From: Polyangiaceae bacterium
GTDB lineage: Bacteria > Myxococcota_A > Polyangia > Polyangiales > Polyangiaceae
Length of the DNA stretch: 64,000 nt
Assembly (NCBI GenBank): GCA_035351535.1
Contig: DAOPWJ010000028.1
Span: 1-64,000, forward strand
Direction of reading: 5' to 3'
Positions 1 through 9,886 of the stretch are shown here, in pieces. The notes under the pieces were generated by a model. The model had not been told where the DNA came from. It made no database searches and worked only from the letters and a program-made list of their open reading frames with translations. Position 1 is the first letter of the stretch; every line of letters begins with the position of its first letter. Position numbers and translations under genes: made by a program.

Positions 1-77
1 GCAGGCAGTTGCGCGAAAGCGACAATGTATACGTTAAAGGACGCCCCCATGGTCTGGTCACCGAAGCCTCGATCCGC

Positions 78-419
78 CTAAACCATCACTTTGACCTGCG
101 GGTCAACCACCTCGTGTAGTCTTTCGATCACTTCGTCTTCGTAGCTATTTCGGTTATTGTTCAACATGGACTTGTCCACCGTTTTCCAGACAAGCGGCGT
201 CGCACGGCCGTGGCGGGTTATCAGGTACAATGCGATGGTGCATTGGTCGCCTGCATCGAACTCCGTCCAATCAACAGCGACCAGAATCTCTTCGCGCCCG
301 GCCAGCAGGTACTTCACCCATGCTTCGAACATGGTCCAGGTACTGAACTTGTTGTTCGCCAAAAGCCGGTCGATCTGCTTGATGGCGTGCTTGGGATCTT
401 TGGCCTCGGACCATGCCAA
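78..419 (-). mobile_element. IS4-family transposase N-terminal fragment; the motif LVAVDWTEF...ALYLITRHGRATPLVW resembles the first-Asp region of Tn5/IS4 DDE transposases; 113 aa, truncated
   Basis: Resembles the D-x-T first catalytic-Asp block and the following hydrophobic strand of IS4/Tn5 transposases. The ORF is far too short for a full transposase, and the rest is not in frame. Confidence 0.4.
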
Positions 420-951
420 GGCCCGGCCGATGACATGGATAGACAGTGTGACGGCAGCAACACGCCTACCAACCCCAATTTCAGCGAAAGAATCGTTCTG
501 GCATGCAGGTCAAATTGCAGGGTTTCTGCCAGGTATTTTTCTATCGCGGCAGGGCTCAAGCCCAATTTCCCTCTTTTTGCCGCCACTGTCGCAACGTGTT
601 GCTTTTCGAGGTCCCTTGGGTTGGAGGAGCGTTTGGACTGATTGCAATTCTTTCTCGTCGCCATGGTGGATGTAACACGCGAGGCCTCGAATGGATTCCA
701 GCTTTCCAAGAGGAGCGGAGAGAACGATTTTCGTCAAGTCCAGTAAAACCAGTGAAATATGAGGGGATCTTTCAGCATGATGAGGATACGAATGGGGAAA
801 TTGGCCGTGCCGCCATGTCATATCGCCTGCCCGCGCCATACGATAGGCCATCCCTTATGGCATTGTCGTTTCGGTTCTCTGCGTCCGCATGCAAACCCGG
901 ACTGCCTCGCGTGCGTGGATACCCGCCCGCCCCGTCGAGTACACTACCCAC

Positions 952-3102
952 ATGAAACGCTCATCGGCTCCCTATCGCATCGCCATCGCAGCGACGTTGT
1001 TCGCTCACTCCGCCCACCCCCAATCCGTGGTCTTTGCTCCCACGGGAACACAAGCCGATTTGCAAGCCGCCATCGAAGCCGTCGAATCACCGGCCGTGAT
1101 CGTGATCCCCCCTGGCAAATGGCAAGTCGTGGGGAGCATCAATCTCACGAAGGACGCCATCACCATCATTGGCGCGGGGATGGATAAAACCAGATTGCAT
1201 AGAGATGCCCCTCCCCCCAACGCCGACGTCGCCACGCTCACCCAATACCGAGCCCCTTTCTTCCGCTCGAAAGCCACCAGTTCGGTTCGTCTTTCTTCGT
1301 TTGGGATCACGAGTTGGCAGGCCGCCAGCCTCGAAGACCGAGAGGTCGGCATTTCTTTTTCGAATGTATCGGACTTTCGCGTGGATCAATGCTCCTTCCG
1401 TTTCACGGGAAATAGCGGCGTCATGGTTGGGGGCGAGTCCCGGGGCGTAATCAACAATTGTACATTTCGGGATATATACGAAGCCAGCATCGGCAACTAT
1501 GGCTATGGGGTTTCCGTCTATGGAACCGTTCATACGGGAGAACCTTACGGCACCGAGCGCGCCACCTTCATCGAAGACAGCCTCTTCGAAGGCTGCAGAC
1601 ACGCGGTCGCCTCGAACCGTGGCGCGCGTTACGTATTCCGGCACAACACCGTGAAACACAACACCGTGTCCCACGCCATCGATACCCACGGCGCTGAATA
1701 CCCTCCCAGTCCCAAACCCACCTGTAACCCATGCTATGATCCGGATCCGGATAATCCGGGAACCGAATGGGCCATCGTTCACGACAATGTCATTGACGAC
1801 CCCGACTACAGCGGCTCGGCCATTACCCTGCGCGGCGGCAAGGGACTCGTCTATCAAAATACGATCCGCGGCTACACCAGGGCCATTCAACTCTCGAAAC
1901 AGACGCCACAGGCCACGGGACCCATTCATATCTGGGACAACGACATCATCGATCCCACGCAATTGGTCACCGGCGTTGGAACATGCTGCGGAAGTGGACC
2001 GACTTGGGAGCTGACCAAACCGAGTACGTACAATCCCTATCCGTATCCTCACCCTCTCACGGACCATCTGGTCGCTCACGCTGGACCGGATCAACGTGTC
2101 ATGCCTCCCCCCCAGTCCAAGGTCGCTCAGGTATTCGTCGATGCCTCCGCCTCCAAAGCAAAAAAAGGCAATATTCAAGGCTTTGGTTGGTTCACCTCTC
2201 CTCAACCGAGTTCATCGTGCTCCCGCGACTTGCTCGAACTCCCCATCGGATCCCATGTCGTCTTGCTCGCGGTCCGCGGCCCAACCGGTTCCATCGAAGT
2301 GGATACTTTCACGGTCGACGTCCTGCCTCCGGGCCCGCTCGCATCCTCGAGTCAATGGAACAACCTTTTCTTTCCGCCGTTTCCAAAACAGGGAACCATC
2401 GTTTTCGATCTGGTTGCTCATAGCAACAACCTCGATGCCTACGTTGGGCTCACAGGACGAATCCCTGTCCAATCCCACGGGGACCACGCCATGCAACTTC
2501 GGCTCAATAGCCAAGGAACCTTCGACGTTCGAAACGCGGAGGTCTACGAAGCCCTCGCTCCCATCCCCTACGAAAGCGGAAAAACTTATCATATTGCGAT
2601 CGACTTCGATGTCGCCACACGGCGTTACGATGTGAGCGTGGATGGTAAGCCCATCGCCACACAATTCTCATTTCGAACTCCACAAGCCCTGATTGGACAG
2701 ATCACGGCTTGGCATGTCGATGGTTCGGCCGGGGTCGAAATCAAGGATCTGGCTTACTCGGGACAACAATTGGGCCCCGATCCCGCTTGCCAGGACCCCG
2801 TGGATGCGGGCGTGGACGCCACGATTCCCGATGCACAACTACCATCCGACGCCGAACGAGACGTGGCCAAGGATGGTGTTTCGGATCATGCGGTCGAAGC
2901 CACCACACCCATGCCCAACGATGCGGCAACCCCGCCAAGCGCCGATAGCCAGGAGGGCTGTGGTTGTCGCGTGCCCCAATCTCATAACCAACCGTATTCA
3001 TTATGGTTAATCGTGTTTGGCGCCTTGTGCGGGTGCCGGGGCTTACGCCGGAACACCCATCGCAAAACAGACGATCATGGATGGTTCGAACCAACCCCAT
3101 GA
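952..3102 (+). CDS. Secreted right-handed parallel beta-helix (pectin-lyase fold/CASH) protein with a C-terminal MYXO-CTERM sorting signal
   Basis: Signal peptide from MKRSSAPYRIAIAATLFAHSAHPQ. Repeated NxxGxxxxG beta-helix coils (NSGVMVGGESRGVINNCTFRDI...). C-terminus is GCGC + hydrophobic helix + RGLRR, the MYXO-CTERM pattern. Start chosen at the internal Met that precedes the signal peptide. Confidence 0.75.
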   Translation: MKRSSAPYRIAIAATLFAHSAHPQSVVFAPTGTQADLQAAIEAVESPAVIVIPPGKWQVVGSINLTKDAITIIGAGMDKTRLHRDAPPPNADVATLTQYRAPFFRSKATSSVRLSSFGITSWQAASLEDREVGISFSNVSDFRVDQCSFRFTGNSGVMVGGESRGVINNCTFRDIYEASIGNYGYGVSVYGTVHTGEPYGTERATFIEDSLFEGCRHAVASNRGARYVFRHNTVKHNTVSHAIDTHGAEYPPSPKPTCNPCYDPDPDNPGTEWAIVHDNVIDDPDYSGSAITLRGGKGLVYQNTIRGYTRAIQLSKQTPQATGPIHIWDNDIIDPTQLVTGVGTCCGSGPTWELTKPSTYNPYPYPHPLTDHLVAHAGPDQRVMPPPQSKVAQVFVDASASKAKKGNIQGFGWFTSPQPSSSCSRDLLELPIGSHVVLLAVRGPTGSIEVDTFTVDVLPPGPLASSSQWNNLFFPPFPKQGTIVFDLVAHSNNLDAYVGLTGRIPVQSHGDHAMQLRLNSQGTFDVRNAEVYEALAPIPYESGKTYHIAIDFDVATRRYDVSVDGKPIATQFSFRTPQALIGQITAWHVDGSAGVEIKDLAYSGQQLGPDPACQDPVDAGVDATIPDAQLPSDAERDVAKDGVSDHAVEATTPMPNDAATPPSADSQEGCGCRVPQSHNQPYSLWLIVFGALCGCRGLRRNTHRKTDDHGWFEPTP

Positions 3103-3414
3103 ACTCACCTCAGCCGACCGGATCGCCGTAAAGGGCATGCTCGTAAACGTGCTCGCAACTATCCAGATACGGATATGCATCGGGGCAATGATCGGATGCC
3201 TTGGCATGGTTGCCATGCGGCAGACAGAACAAAGAGTCGGGTCATGCCATGGTTCAGCACGAATCCCGGACGCGGTGACTCCAACCGGCAACACGTCTGT
3301 GGCGCCTTCACACCACTGTGGTCTGTCCACAGCGCCACTTTTTCCGTTGAAAAGCGCAATGCCACGAAAAACGAGTTCATCTTCGCTGGCACAACCATTG
3401 CTCGTCATTGGGGC

Positions 3415-4254
3415 ATGAAGACGCTCATCCCTTTCGTTTGCCTCACCAGTATGTTGTCGTTTTCCGCCTGTTCCATCGATTTGGAAAGCGAACCGGAGGG
3501 CCCCACGGCCAAAGATGCGCAGCAGGCTTGGCCTACCAAGCCCACCGTAGAACCCATCAGTCTCGAGTCGATAACCCGTGCGTGCATTGCCTACACCGCA
3601 TGCGATGCGGACAATGCCCTCGGCCTCATGCAAGTAGAAATCTGTTTGACAGACCTGGCTTGGTCCGCTGAACGAGCCATCCCCATCTCCACGTCAAACC
3701 TTTTGTTTTCCGTGTTGGGTGACACCAACGAACGAGCAGAATTCTTCGTGGATTGCGTAGAAAAATCCAAGGATTGCGGCGAAATCAAAGGATGCATCAC
3801 CTCACGGGAAGCGGACTTCTCATGCGAAGAAGATGGCTGCAAAGCCAATACAACATACTCCGTGTCCTGCGATGGAACCGTCGCCGTCATGACAACCGAC
3901 AACTCCACCATCCGTCGTGATTGCGCCCGCGTCTTCGGTGAATGTGACTCGAAAAGCCCCACGGGTTGCACCGACCGACACTACACCGCGTCTCCCTCCT
4001 CTCCTCCTCAGCCCGACCGTTGCGATGGCGATGTCCGTCTCGGTTGTGACAGTCTCCAACAAGTCAGCTACCGCGATTGCTCGAGGCTGAACGGCGTGTG
4101 CAAGCAAACCGAGGATTCCGCCATCTGCCACTACGGCGACGCCATCTGTGAGAAAACAGTGCGATGCGAAGGAGAAACGTTACACGCTTGTCTCGATGGA
4201 GCATCAGCTACCGTCCAAGCCCCCCACTTGTGTCCGCCCCCGGACCAACCATAA
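3415..4254 (+). CDS. Cysteine-rich secreted lipoprotein (hypothetical)
   Basis: MKTLIPFVCLTSMLSFSAC lipobox at an internal Met. Many spaced Cys pairs in the mature part. The long upstream extension of the ORF has no signal features. Confidence 0.55.
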   Translation: MKTLIPFVCLTSMLSFSACSIDLESEPEGPTAKDAQQAWPTKPTVEPISLESITRACIAYTACDADNALGLMQVEICLTDLAWSAERAIPISTSNLLFSVLGDTNERAEFFVDCVEKSKDCGEIKGCITSREADFSCEEDGCKANTTYSVSCDGTVAVMTTDNSTIRRDCARVFGECDSKSPTGCTDRHYTASPSSPPQPDRCDGDVRLGCDSLQQVSYRDCSRLNGVCKQTEDSAICHYGDAICEKTVRCEGETLHACLDGASATVQAPHLCPPPDQP

Positions 4255-4257
4255 GCC

Positions 4258-5685
4258 TTACCAAAGACCACTCCACCCAACGCCCATCACCGGAGCATAC
4301 GTACCGTCCGCTCGTAAGCTTTGTCCGATCACCCCCGCCATGGGATGAGTCAAAGGCGCGTCGGCGCTTTTTTCTTCACTCGCCGCTGTCATCCAAAACG
4401 CTGCCAATCCCCCCGCCACAGCGCCAGACATCGTCACCAACACCCACGCACGTTGCCGCCCTTCGGTCGAATCACCGATGAGAAGCGGGCTTCCCACAGC
4501 CGCAAAAGACAGCGCCCCAAGCCCAGCACCCACGTCCACCATCATGATGCGCGAAGGCGATTCCTGCACCCAACGTCCCCATATTCCACCGACCGCAACG
4601 CCCCCCAGAGCACCGTATCCAAGGCCTTCGTAGGGAGTCACATCGGCCTTGCCACGAATCGCCATCTCCACGCCAGCCCCCAAACCCGTACCGATAAATC
4701 CACCAGAATGCGCCACCGCCGCGCCACCTGTGCCCATGCCGGCAAAGCTCAGGGATATCGACGCCAACGACACGCCGGCCAGGCCACTTCCCACGGCCCA
4801 CGCATAGCGATCCAATTCAGGCTGCACGTCGCGCCCCTTCGCCAACATCATTCCCCCGAAGACCGGCCAAACCGCCCCCGCGGACATATACCACGCGTCC
4901 CCAAGGCCCACGTCCCACTCCTCCGCAATGATCAGCGCACCCCCAAAACCCACGCCCGTTCCAAGCGCCATCAACGGATACGTCAGCCTCGCATCGTCCG
5001 ATCCACTCGATTTTTGAAGAGAATATCCAACGAATCCGCCCAGCGCCGCCGCATGCATCACAAGCACCGCCCTTCCCTCGGAGCGACGTTGTTCCGGTCT
5101 CATCGGACGTAGATCTCCTTCGAATCCAGAACCCCGATCGTCGTAGGAAGGCCTTGCCCCACGCACAAGGTCGCGAAACATCACGACGGCTCGAACCTGG
5201 AAGTCCTCCGATGATACCGTCTCGGTGCGAACCAAAACGTGCTCCCCTCTCGGTGGCACCAAAAGCAAACGAAGGACGATATCCGAACCTTCGAATTCGA
5301 GGCGTGGTGATAACTGCCACGAAACGGAACGGGAAGCGCGGGCGAGCAATTCCCGCTCCGACACAATGACATCGGAGGTGCGAGGCTCCGACAAGTCGAC
5401 GACAAACCCAAGGTCTTGCGCCGTGTCGTGCAGCAGATTGTCCAACTCCCGCGCCTTGGTCCAAAGAAGACCATTTTGCAATTCGGGACGCCCCAGGGCC
5501 TTATCCGTAGGCACTTCACCCGTGGGCGTCAGGGTCGGAAGAATGACAATCCTGACCTCTTGCGCAACGGAAGAGGATGAGTCCTGGGCGTGAGCGCGCG
5601 GCGACACGCCCGCCACAAAGCACGCAAGGCCGAGCCATGATGCTTTTGCGAAACGCCTCAGAACATCACAACGCCATTGAGCCAC
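4258..5685 (-). CDS. Hypothetical secreted/membrane protein with glycine-zipper-rich hydrophobic C-terminal half
   Basis: N-terminal signal peptide (LGLACFVAGVSPRAHAQ). The C-terminal 250 aa are Gly/Ala-rich transmembrane-like segments. Lies immediately downstream of an outer-membrane protein gene on the same strand. Confidence 0.5.
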   Translation of the reverse strand: MAQWRCDVLRRFAKASWLGLACFVAGVSPRAHAQDSSSSVAQEVRIVILPTLTPTGEVPTDKALGRPELQNGLLWTKARELDNLLHDTAQDLGFVVDLSEPRTSDVIVSERELLARASRSVSWQLSPRLEFEGSDIVLRLLLVPPRGEHVLVRTETVSSEDFQVRAVVMFRDLVRGARPSYDDRGSGFEGDLRPMRPEQRRSEGRAVLVMHAAALGGFVGYSLQKSSGSDDARLTYPLMALGTGVGFGGALIIAEEWDVGLGDAWYMSAGAVWPVFGGMMLAKGRDVQPELDRYAWAVGSGLAGVSLASISLSFAGMGTGGAAVAHSGGFIGTGLGAGVEMAIRGKADVTPYEGLGYGALGGVAVGGIWGRWVQESPSRIMMVDVGAGLGALSFAAVGSPLLIGDSTEGRQRAWVLVTMSGAVAGGLAAFWMTAASEEKSADAPLTHPMAGVIGQSLRADGTYAPVMGVGWSGLW

Positions 5686-7232
5686 AGGTCCACCACGCTG
5701 ACATCGTCAACCTTGAACCGTTGCCCAACCTGGTTGATCGACGGTCGATAGTTGGGATTCGGAATACCGGTCGCGCTGAACGTGGAAGTATCCCCCACCC
5801 GAGACACGTTTCGGCAAGGGCCCGCCTTCGACATGTCTTTTTTGAAGTCCGGGTTACACGGCTGGTCCATCGTGATGAAGTGCGGCTGCACATACATATA
5901 TCCCACGCCGAGTTGGAACTTCACATACTCGCCCGCCTGCCACGTCACGCTACCCGAAGCCCGAAACTTGCCATGGGCCTGCACATCCGTAAGCCCTGTG
6001 AAGTACACCTTCTGCGATGATGGATTGACCACGGAAGGATAGGTTTGCGCCGTCGCAGGATCGGGATTGCGCTGGTACGAAGCGTAGTTGGGACGACGCA
6101 AAGACATCGCGTCGCTGGAGCCCAGGGCATCAAAAAGCTCACTATAATCGCGGCCTTCCGAACGATAGGCCCCTTCGACGCGCGCATCGAAGGTGAGCCG
6201 TTGGAACTGCTCCCGATTCTCCCAAGGAATGACCATCATCCCCATGACCATCCATCCTTCCAACGGCGGATGGTTGACCAACGATCCCTCCAGATCCATC
6301 AAACCATAATCGCTCTTGTCCGTGGGAAACTCGAATAGTGCCCGGAAACCACCGTACGGCTCCAGATACTTGATACGTCGCGAGACCAACGTATGCACTT
6401 CGATACCGGTGGTGCCACGACTCACCCCCGCGGACCGCTCCCCCGCTTTCGTTCCCTCGAGTTGATACGTCTGCCCAGTATGATCCGTATACGCGTAATT
6501 ACCCGCCGTCCCATCGCGATTGACGTCGGATGGATCTGCACAGGAAACCTGCTTGTTGCCTTGATTGCCCCCCCCCGCACCACAGGCATGCATCGGCTCA
6601 CTGAGACTGAACCTTCCCTCGAAACCAAACAACCACGTGGGTTTCGTGGCATCCCGTGCCTGGTTCATGATGTTCACATCAAACCCTAGCGCGAGATACT
6701 CGATACCCGATCGGTCCGGAGATTCGAAGGGCAGACGAAACAACTGCTCTCCCGGCATCCCCGCAAGCACGACGCTCTGCACCCGATCGCTTCCATCAAG
6801 ACCCGACAACTTGCTCGAGTCATTCAAGATGATCGGCATGCGAAGGTAAAGCGCGACATCCTTGTACAACCCCACATCCACCCGCGTGTTGAGCCTCGAA
6901 GTCGAGCCGGAATACTTCGCCACGTTCATCGTGTCCGCCACGTATCCGCCCGACGACAATGAGCCTTGGTCAATCGAGGTTTCACGCACGATGTTGGCGT
7001 TCTTCCACATATGTTGATAGCCAAGGGTGAGGTGCAAATCGAAAAGGTCGTCGTCGTCGAAAGCGTCGACTACGGCCGTCACCTCACCAGGCTCGTTGAG
7101 TACGGGCCGTTCCGTTGCCTTATACGGCTCGTCCGCATAACCGGGCGAAACACCAAAAAGCATCGCGAACGCAACGAGGGCCCCACATCCCACCGGCACC
7201 GAATAGAGCGATTTCGTGGCCATTAAGCACAT
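5658..7232 (-). CDS. Outer-membrane beta-barrel protein (hypothetical)
   Basis: Signal peptide (ALVAFAMLFGVSPGYA). Alternating amphipathic strands. C-terminal aromatic residue (…NGVVMF), typical of outer-membrane beta-barrels. Confidence 0.6.
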   Translation of the reverse strand: MCLMATKSLYSVPVGCGALVAFAMLFGVSPGYADEPYKATERPVLNEPGEVTAVVDAFDDDDLFDLHLTLGYQHMWKNANIVRETSIDQGSLSSGGYVADTMNVAKYSGSTSRLNTRVDVGLYKDVALYLRMPIILNDSSKLSGLDGSDRVQSVVLAGMPGEQLFRLPFESPDRSGIEYLALGFDVNIMNQARDATKPTWLFGFEGRFSLSEPMHACGAGGGNQGNKQVSCADPSDVNRDGTAGNYAYTDHTGQTYQLEGTKAGERSAGVSRGTTGIEVHTLVSRRIKYLEPYGGFRALFEFPTDKSDYGLMDLEGSLVNHPPLEGWMVMGMMVIPWENREQFQRLTFDARVEGAYRSEGRDYSELFDALGSSDAMSLRRPNYASYQRNPDPATAQTYPSVVNPSSQKVYFTGLTDVQAHGKFRASGSVTWQAGEYVKFQLGVGYMYVQPHFITMDQPCNPDFKKDMSKAGPCRNVSRVGDTSTFSATGIPNPNYRPSINQVGQRFKVDDVSVVDLWLNGVVMF

Positions 7233-7407
7233 GTCCGTGTCGCGGACGGTAATGGCCTGGGTGATGGGATGTCAATGAATTACTCCCCGACGGGCCGATC
7301 CTTGGGTTTCCCCGAACGTCCGACGCTGGATTTCATGGCTTTGGATTCGAGGCTTGCCGAAGGGAAAAAGCGCGGTCGAACCTTTGGGGCAAGGGAGCGA
7401 GTCCCTT

Positions 7408-8781
7408 TCATTCCCTATCTCGGTTGATCGTATTCGGAATGGTGGGACGAGAATGAATGTCCTGCTCCTCCGCCGACACGGTGTCTTCGGACTGTTCATC
7501 GCGAAAAATATCCGCGGTGATGTCCTCGATTTCCATTTCCTCCCGCGCCGTTCGCAAGTCTTTCGTGGTCCGATCCAACCGGTCGGCCAGAACACCGAGA
7601 AATTGCCAGAGCAATTTGACGGCCATCTCGTGCTCTTTTCGTAAAATATCAAAGAAATCCGTACGGTTAATCGCAATGATCTCGCTTTTGGTTTCGGCCA
7701 TGACATCCGCGCTTCGGGGCTGGCTTCGAATCAACGCCATCTCCCCAAAATGCTCCCCCTGTCCCAAGGTCGACAATTCTGCATCGCCCTTGAACACTTT
7801 GACCTGACCCGACAGCATGATGAAAAGCTCATCACCTCGATCCCCGTCCCGAATCACTTGTTGTCCTGGCTCGTAGGTTCGCACCTCCGCCACTTGCATC
7901 ACTCGCATCAATTCACGCTCGGATAGCTTGCCGAACAACGGCATGCGCATCAACACCTCGCGCTTGAGCGCCAAACGCTGAGCACGCTGCGCTTCCATCG
8001 CCGTGCCCTCGCCCACCACCCGCACCAACACCACCGTGATATTGTCTTTTCCCCCTTTTTCATTGGCCATCGCGATGAGCGCTCGAGCCGCCTGCCCCTC
8101 CGGCATCGCAAGAGGTGCCTCGAGTTCTTGCATGCTATCGAGGTAGCCATGCAGCCCATCCGAACACAATACGAGCTGGTCGCCCGGCAGCAATTCGAAC
8201 GATAGCGTGTCCACCTCTACCTGTTCGTAAACCCCCAACGCTCGCGTGATCGCATGTTTCTGCGCAACCTTCTCGATTTGATCCCGCGACAACTTACCCC
8301 GTTTGACCAGTTCGTTGAAAACCGTATGGTCTTCCGTGATCTGACGCCCCTTGCCGTTTCGTACGAGATAGATCCGCGAATCGCCCACGTGAGCAATGAA
8401 ACCCCGGTTCCCACACACCAAAAGAAGCGACAACGTCGTGCCCATTCCCCGTTTGGCCACATCCACTTGGGCCGCTTCATAGATGTGCTTGCACGCCTGC
8501 TGAACCGAATACTCCAGCAGGTTCAACACCCCCTTGACCGTCACCCGCGAAGCCCCTGAAGCTCCCGACAGAAAGTCGTCGAGCAACGTTCGCTCGCCTT
8601 TTATCTTCTCGTGAATCGTCCGAACCGCCAGCGCACTCGCTATCTCACCCGCCGCATGCCCCCCCATCCCGTCTGCCACCATGAACAACGATAATCCCTT
8701 GTCAACAAGGAAGTTGTCTTCATTGTGGTCGCGTTTGCGTCCAACGTCCGTCTCGGCGTGAAACAGGATGTTCGTCCCCAT
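7408..8781 (-). CDS. PP2C-family Ser/Thr protein phosphatase fused to a C-terminal cyclic-nucleotide-binding (cNMP) domain
   Basis: N-terminal PP2C motifs ([31 protein letters not shown]). C-terminal cNMP cassette ([14 protein letters not shown]...[10 protein letters not shown]). Confidence 0.85.
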   Translation of the reverse strand: MGTNILFHAETDVGRKRDHNEDNFLVDKGLSLFMVADGMGGHAAGEIASALAVRTIHEKIKGERTLLDDFLSGASGASRVTVKGVLNLLEYSVQQACKHIYEAAQVDVAKRGMGTTLSLLLVCGNRGFIAHVGDSRIYLVRNGKGRQITEDHTVFNELVKRGKLSRDQIEKVAQKHAITRALGVYEQVEVDTLSFELLPGDQLVLCSDGLHGYLDSMQELEAPLAMPEGQAARALIAMANEKGGKDNITVVLVRVVGEGTAMEAQRAQRLALKREVLMRMPLFGKLSERELMRVMQVAEVRTYEPGQQVIRDGDRGDELFIMLSGQVKVFKGDAELSTLGQGEHFGEMALIRSQPRSADVMAETKSEIIAINRTDFFDILRKEHEMAVKLLWQFLGVLADRLDRTTKDLRTAREEMEIEDITADIFRDEQSEDTVSAEEQDIHSRPTIPNTINRDRE

Positions 8782-8875
8782 GCCTCGTTCCGTCGTGTGA
8801 TTGATAACCGACCATACTCAATCGCCATGGTCGATGCGAGCCCTGGCGCACGTTGGCCCAACCCATCCGTGTCGC

Positions 8876-9886
8876 TCAAGCATCCATCCGCGGATTCGCC
8901 GACAGTCCAGACCGCTCCGGTTTGACGTTTCCAGTCGGTACGGCCCCTGGTCGACGCCCCGCCGCCAACGCTCGGAACTCTCGAAGTTCCTTGAGCAATG
9001 TCTCAATATTGACCTCGTTCTTCAAATTCACTTTGAAGTCCGTCTCCGCTTCCTTTCGATCCTTGGCTGCCTGTCGGTTCTGGCTCATCACGATGAGCGG
9101 CCCTTGCAACGCCACCAATACCGCAAGCAATAAATTGAAAAATTGATAGGGATATTCGTCGGGCGCGTGCGAAAACACCACTCCAGGAATGTTGATGAGC
9201 ACCCATCCTACCGTCAACCCCGATAGGATAAGGATGAACGACCAACTGCCATTCAACTCCGCCACCCGATCGGCCAGACGATCCGCCCAGCCCATCCCCT
9301 TTTCAAACTCCTCGATCACATTGCGTGCCGCTCGCTCGCTCAACATCGCGTTGGTCTGACGCAACCTTTCGGACATTGTTCGTAAAATGGCCATCGCCGC
9401 CCGCGGACGACGTTCCAAGTACGATGTCAACACGGTTCTTCCCAACTCCAAAAGCACCGTATCGGTCATGGCTTGGGCACTTGCACTCCGCGGCTTGTCG
9501 TCGAATAGCGCGACTTCCCCAAATACTTTTCCCACGGTCAAGTCCGCCAACGACACGCGCGTCGTTGGATCGCCCGGCAGATGAATATTCACCGTGCCCT
9601 CGGCGACAAGGTACATCGTATCGCCCGCCTCCCCTGCTTCGAATACGACCTGGCCCGCCGAATAGCGTCGTTCCACGAGTTCCGCGGCGAGGTCCTCGAC
9701 GTCCTGATCATCGAGCCCCTCGAACATCGGAATGCTTCGGAGCAGGTCAGCGGGGTTTTTCACGACCCGCTCAGTGTGGCGCGCCTTTCCCTCACTTGCA
9801 ATACTTGCGATGGCGGAAGGCGACTCTCCCTTTCGTTCCTTGCCCAATGTGCTAGACGACGCGCGTGAACGAAGCCATTGCAGCAC
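8876..9886 (-). CDS. cNMP-binding domain protein with C-terminal DUF1003-type membrane domain
   Basis: N-terminal cNMP motifs (GDTMYLVAEGTVNIH...FGEVALF). C-terminal hydrophobic pair of helices followed by a charged coiled tail, typical of DUF1003. True start uncertain (no Met near the domain start). Confidence 0.7.
   Translation of the reverse strand: MLQWLRSRASSSTLGKERKGESPSAIASIASEGKARHTERVVKNPADLLRSIPMFEGLDDQDVEDLAAELVERRYSAGQVVFEAGEAGDTMYLVAEGTVNIHLPGDPTTRVSLADLTVGKVFGEVALFDDKPRSASAQAMTDTVLLELGRTVLTSYLERRPRAAMAILRTMSERLRQTNAMLSERAARNVIEEFEKGMGWADRLADRVAELNGSWSFILILSGLTVGWVLINIPGVVFSHAPDEYPYQFFNLLLAVLVALQGPLIVMSQNRQAAKDRKEAETDFKVNLKNEVNIETLLKELREFRALAAGRRPGAVPTGNVKPERSGLSANPRMDA

Noticed and set aside
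1087-2205. 372-aa antisense ORF inside the beta-helix protein gene
   Set aside because: Gly/Arg-rich low-complexity translation, antisense to a gene with signal peptide, beta-helix repeats and MYXO-CTERM. Shadow ORF.
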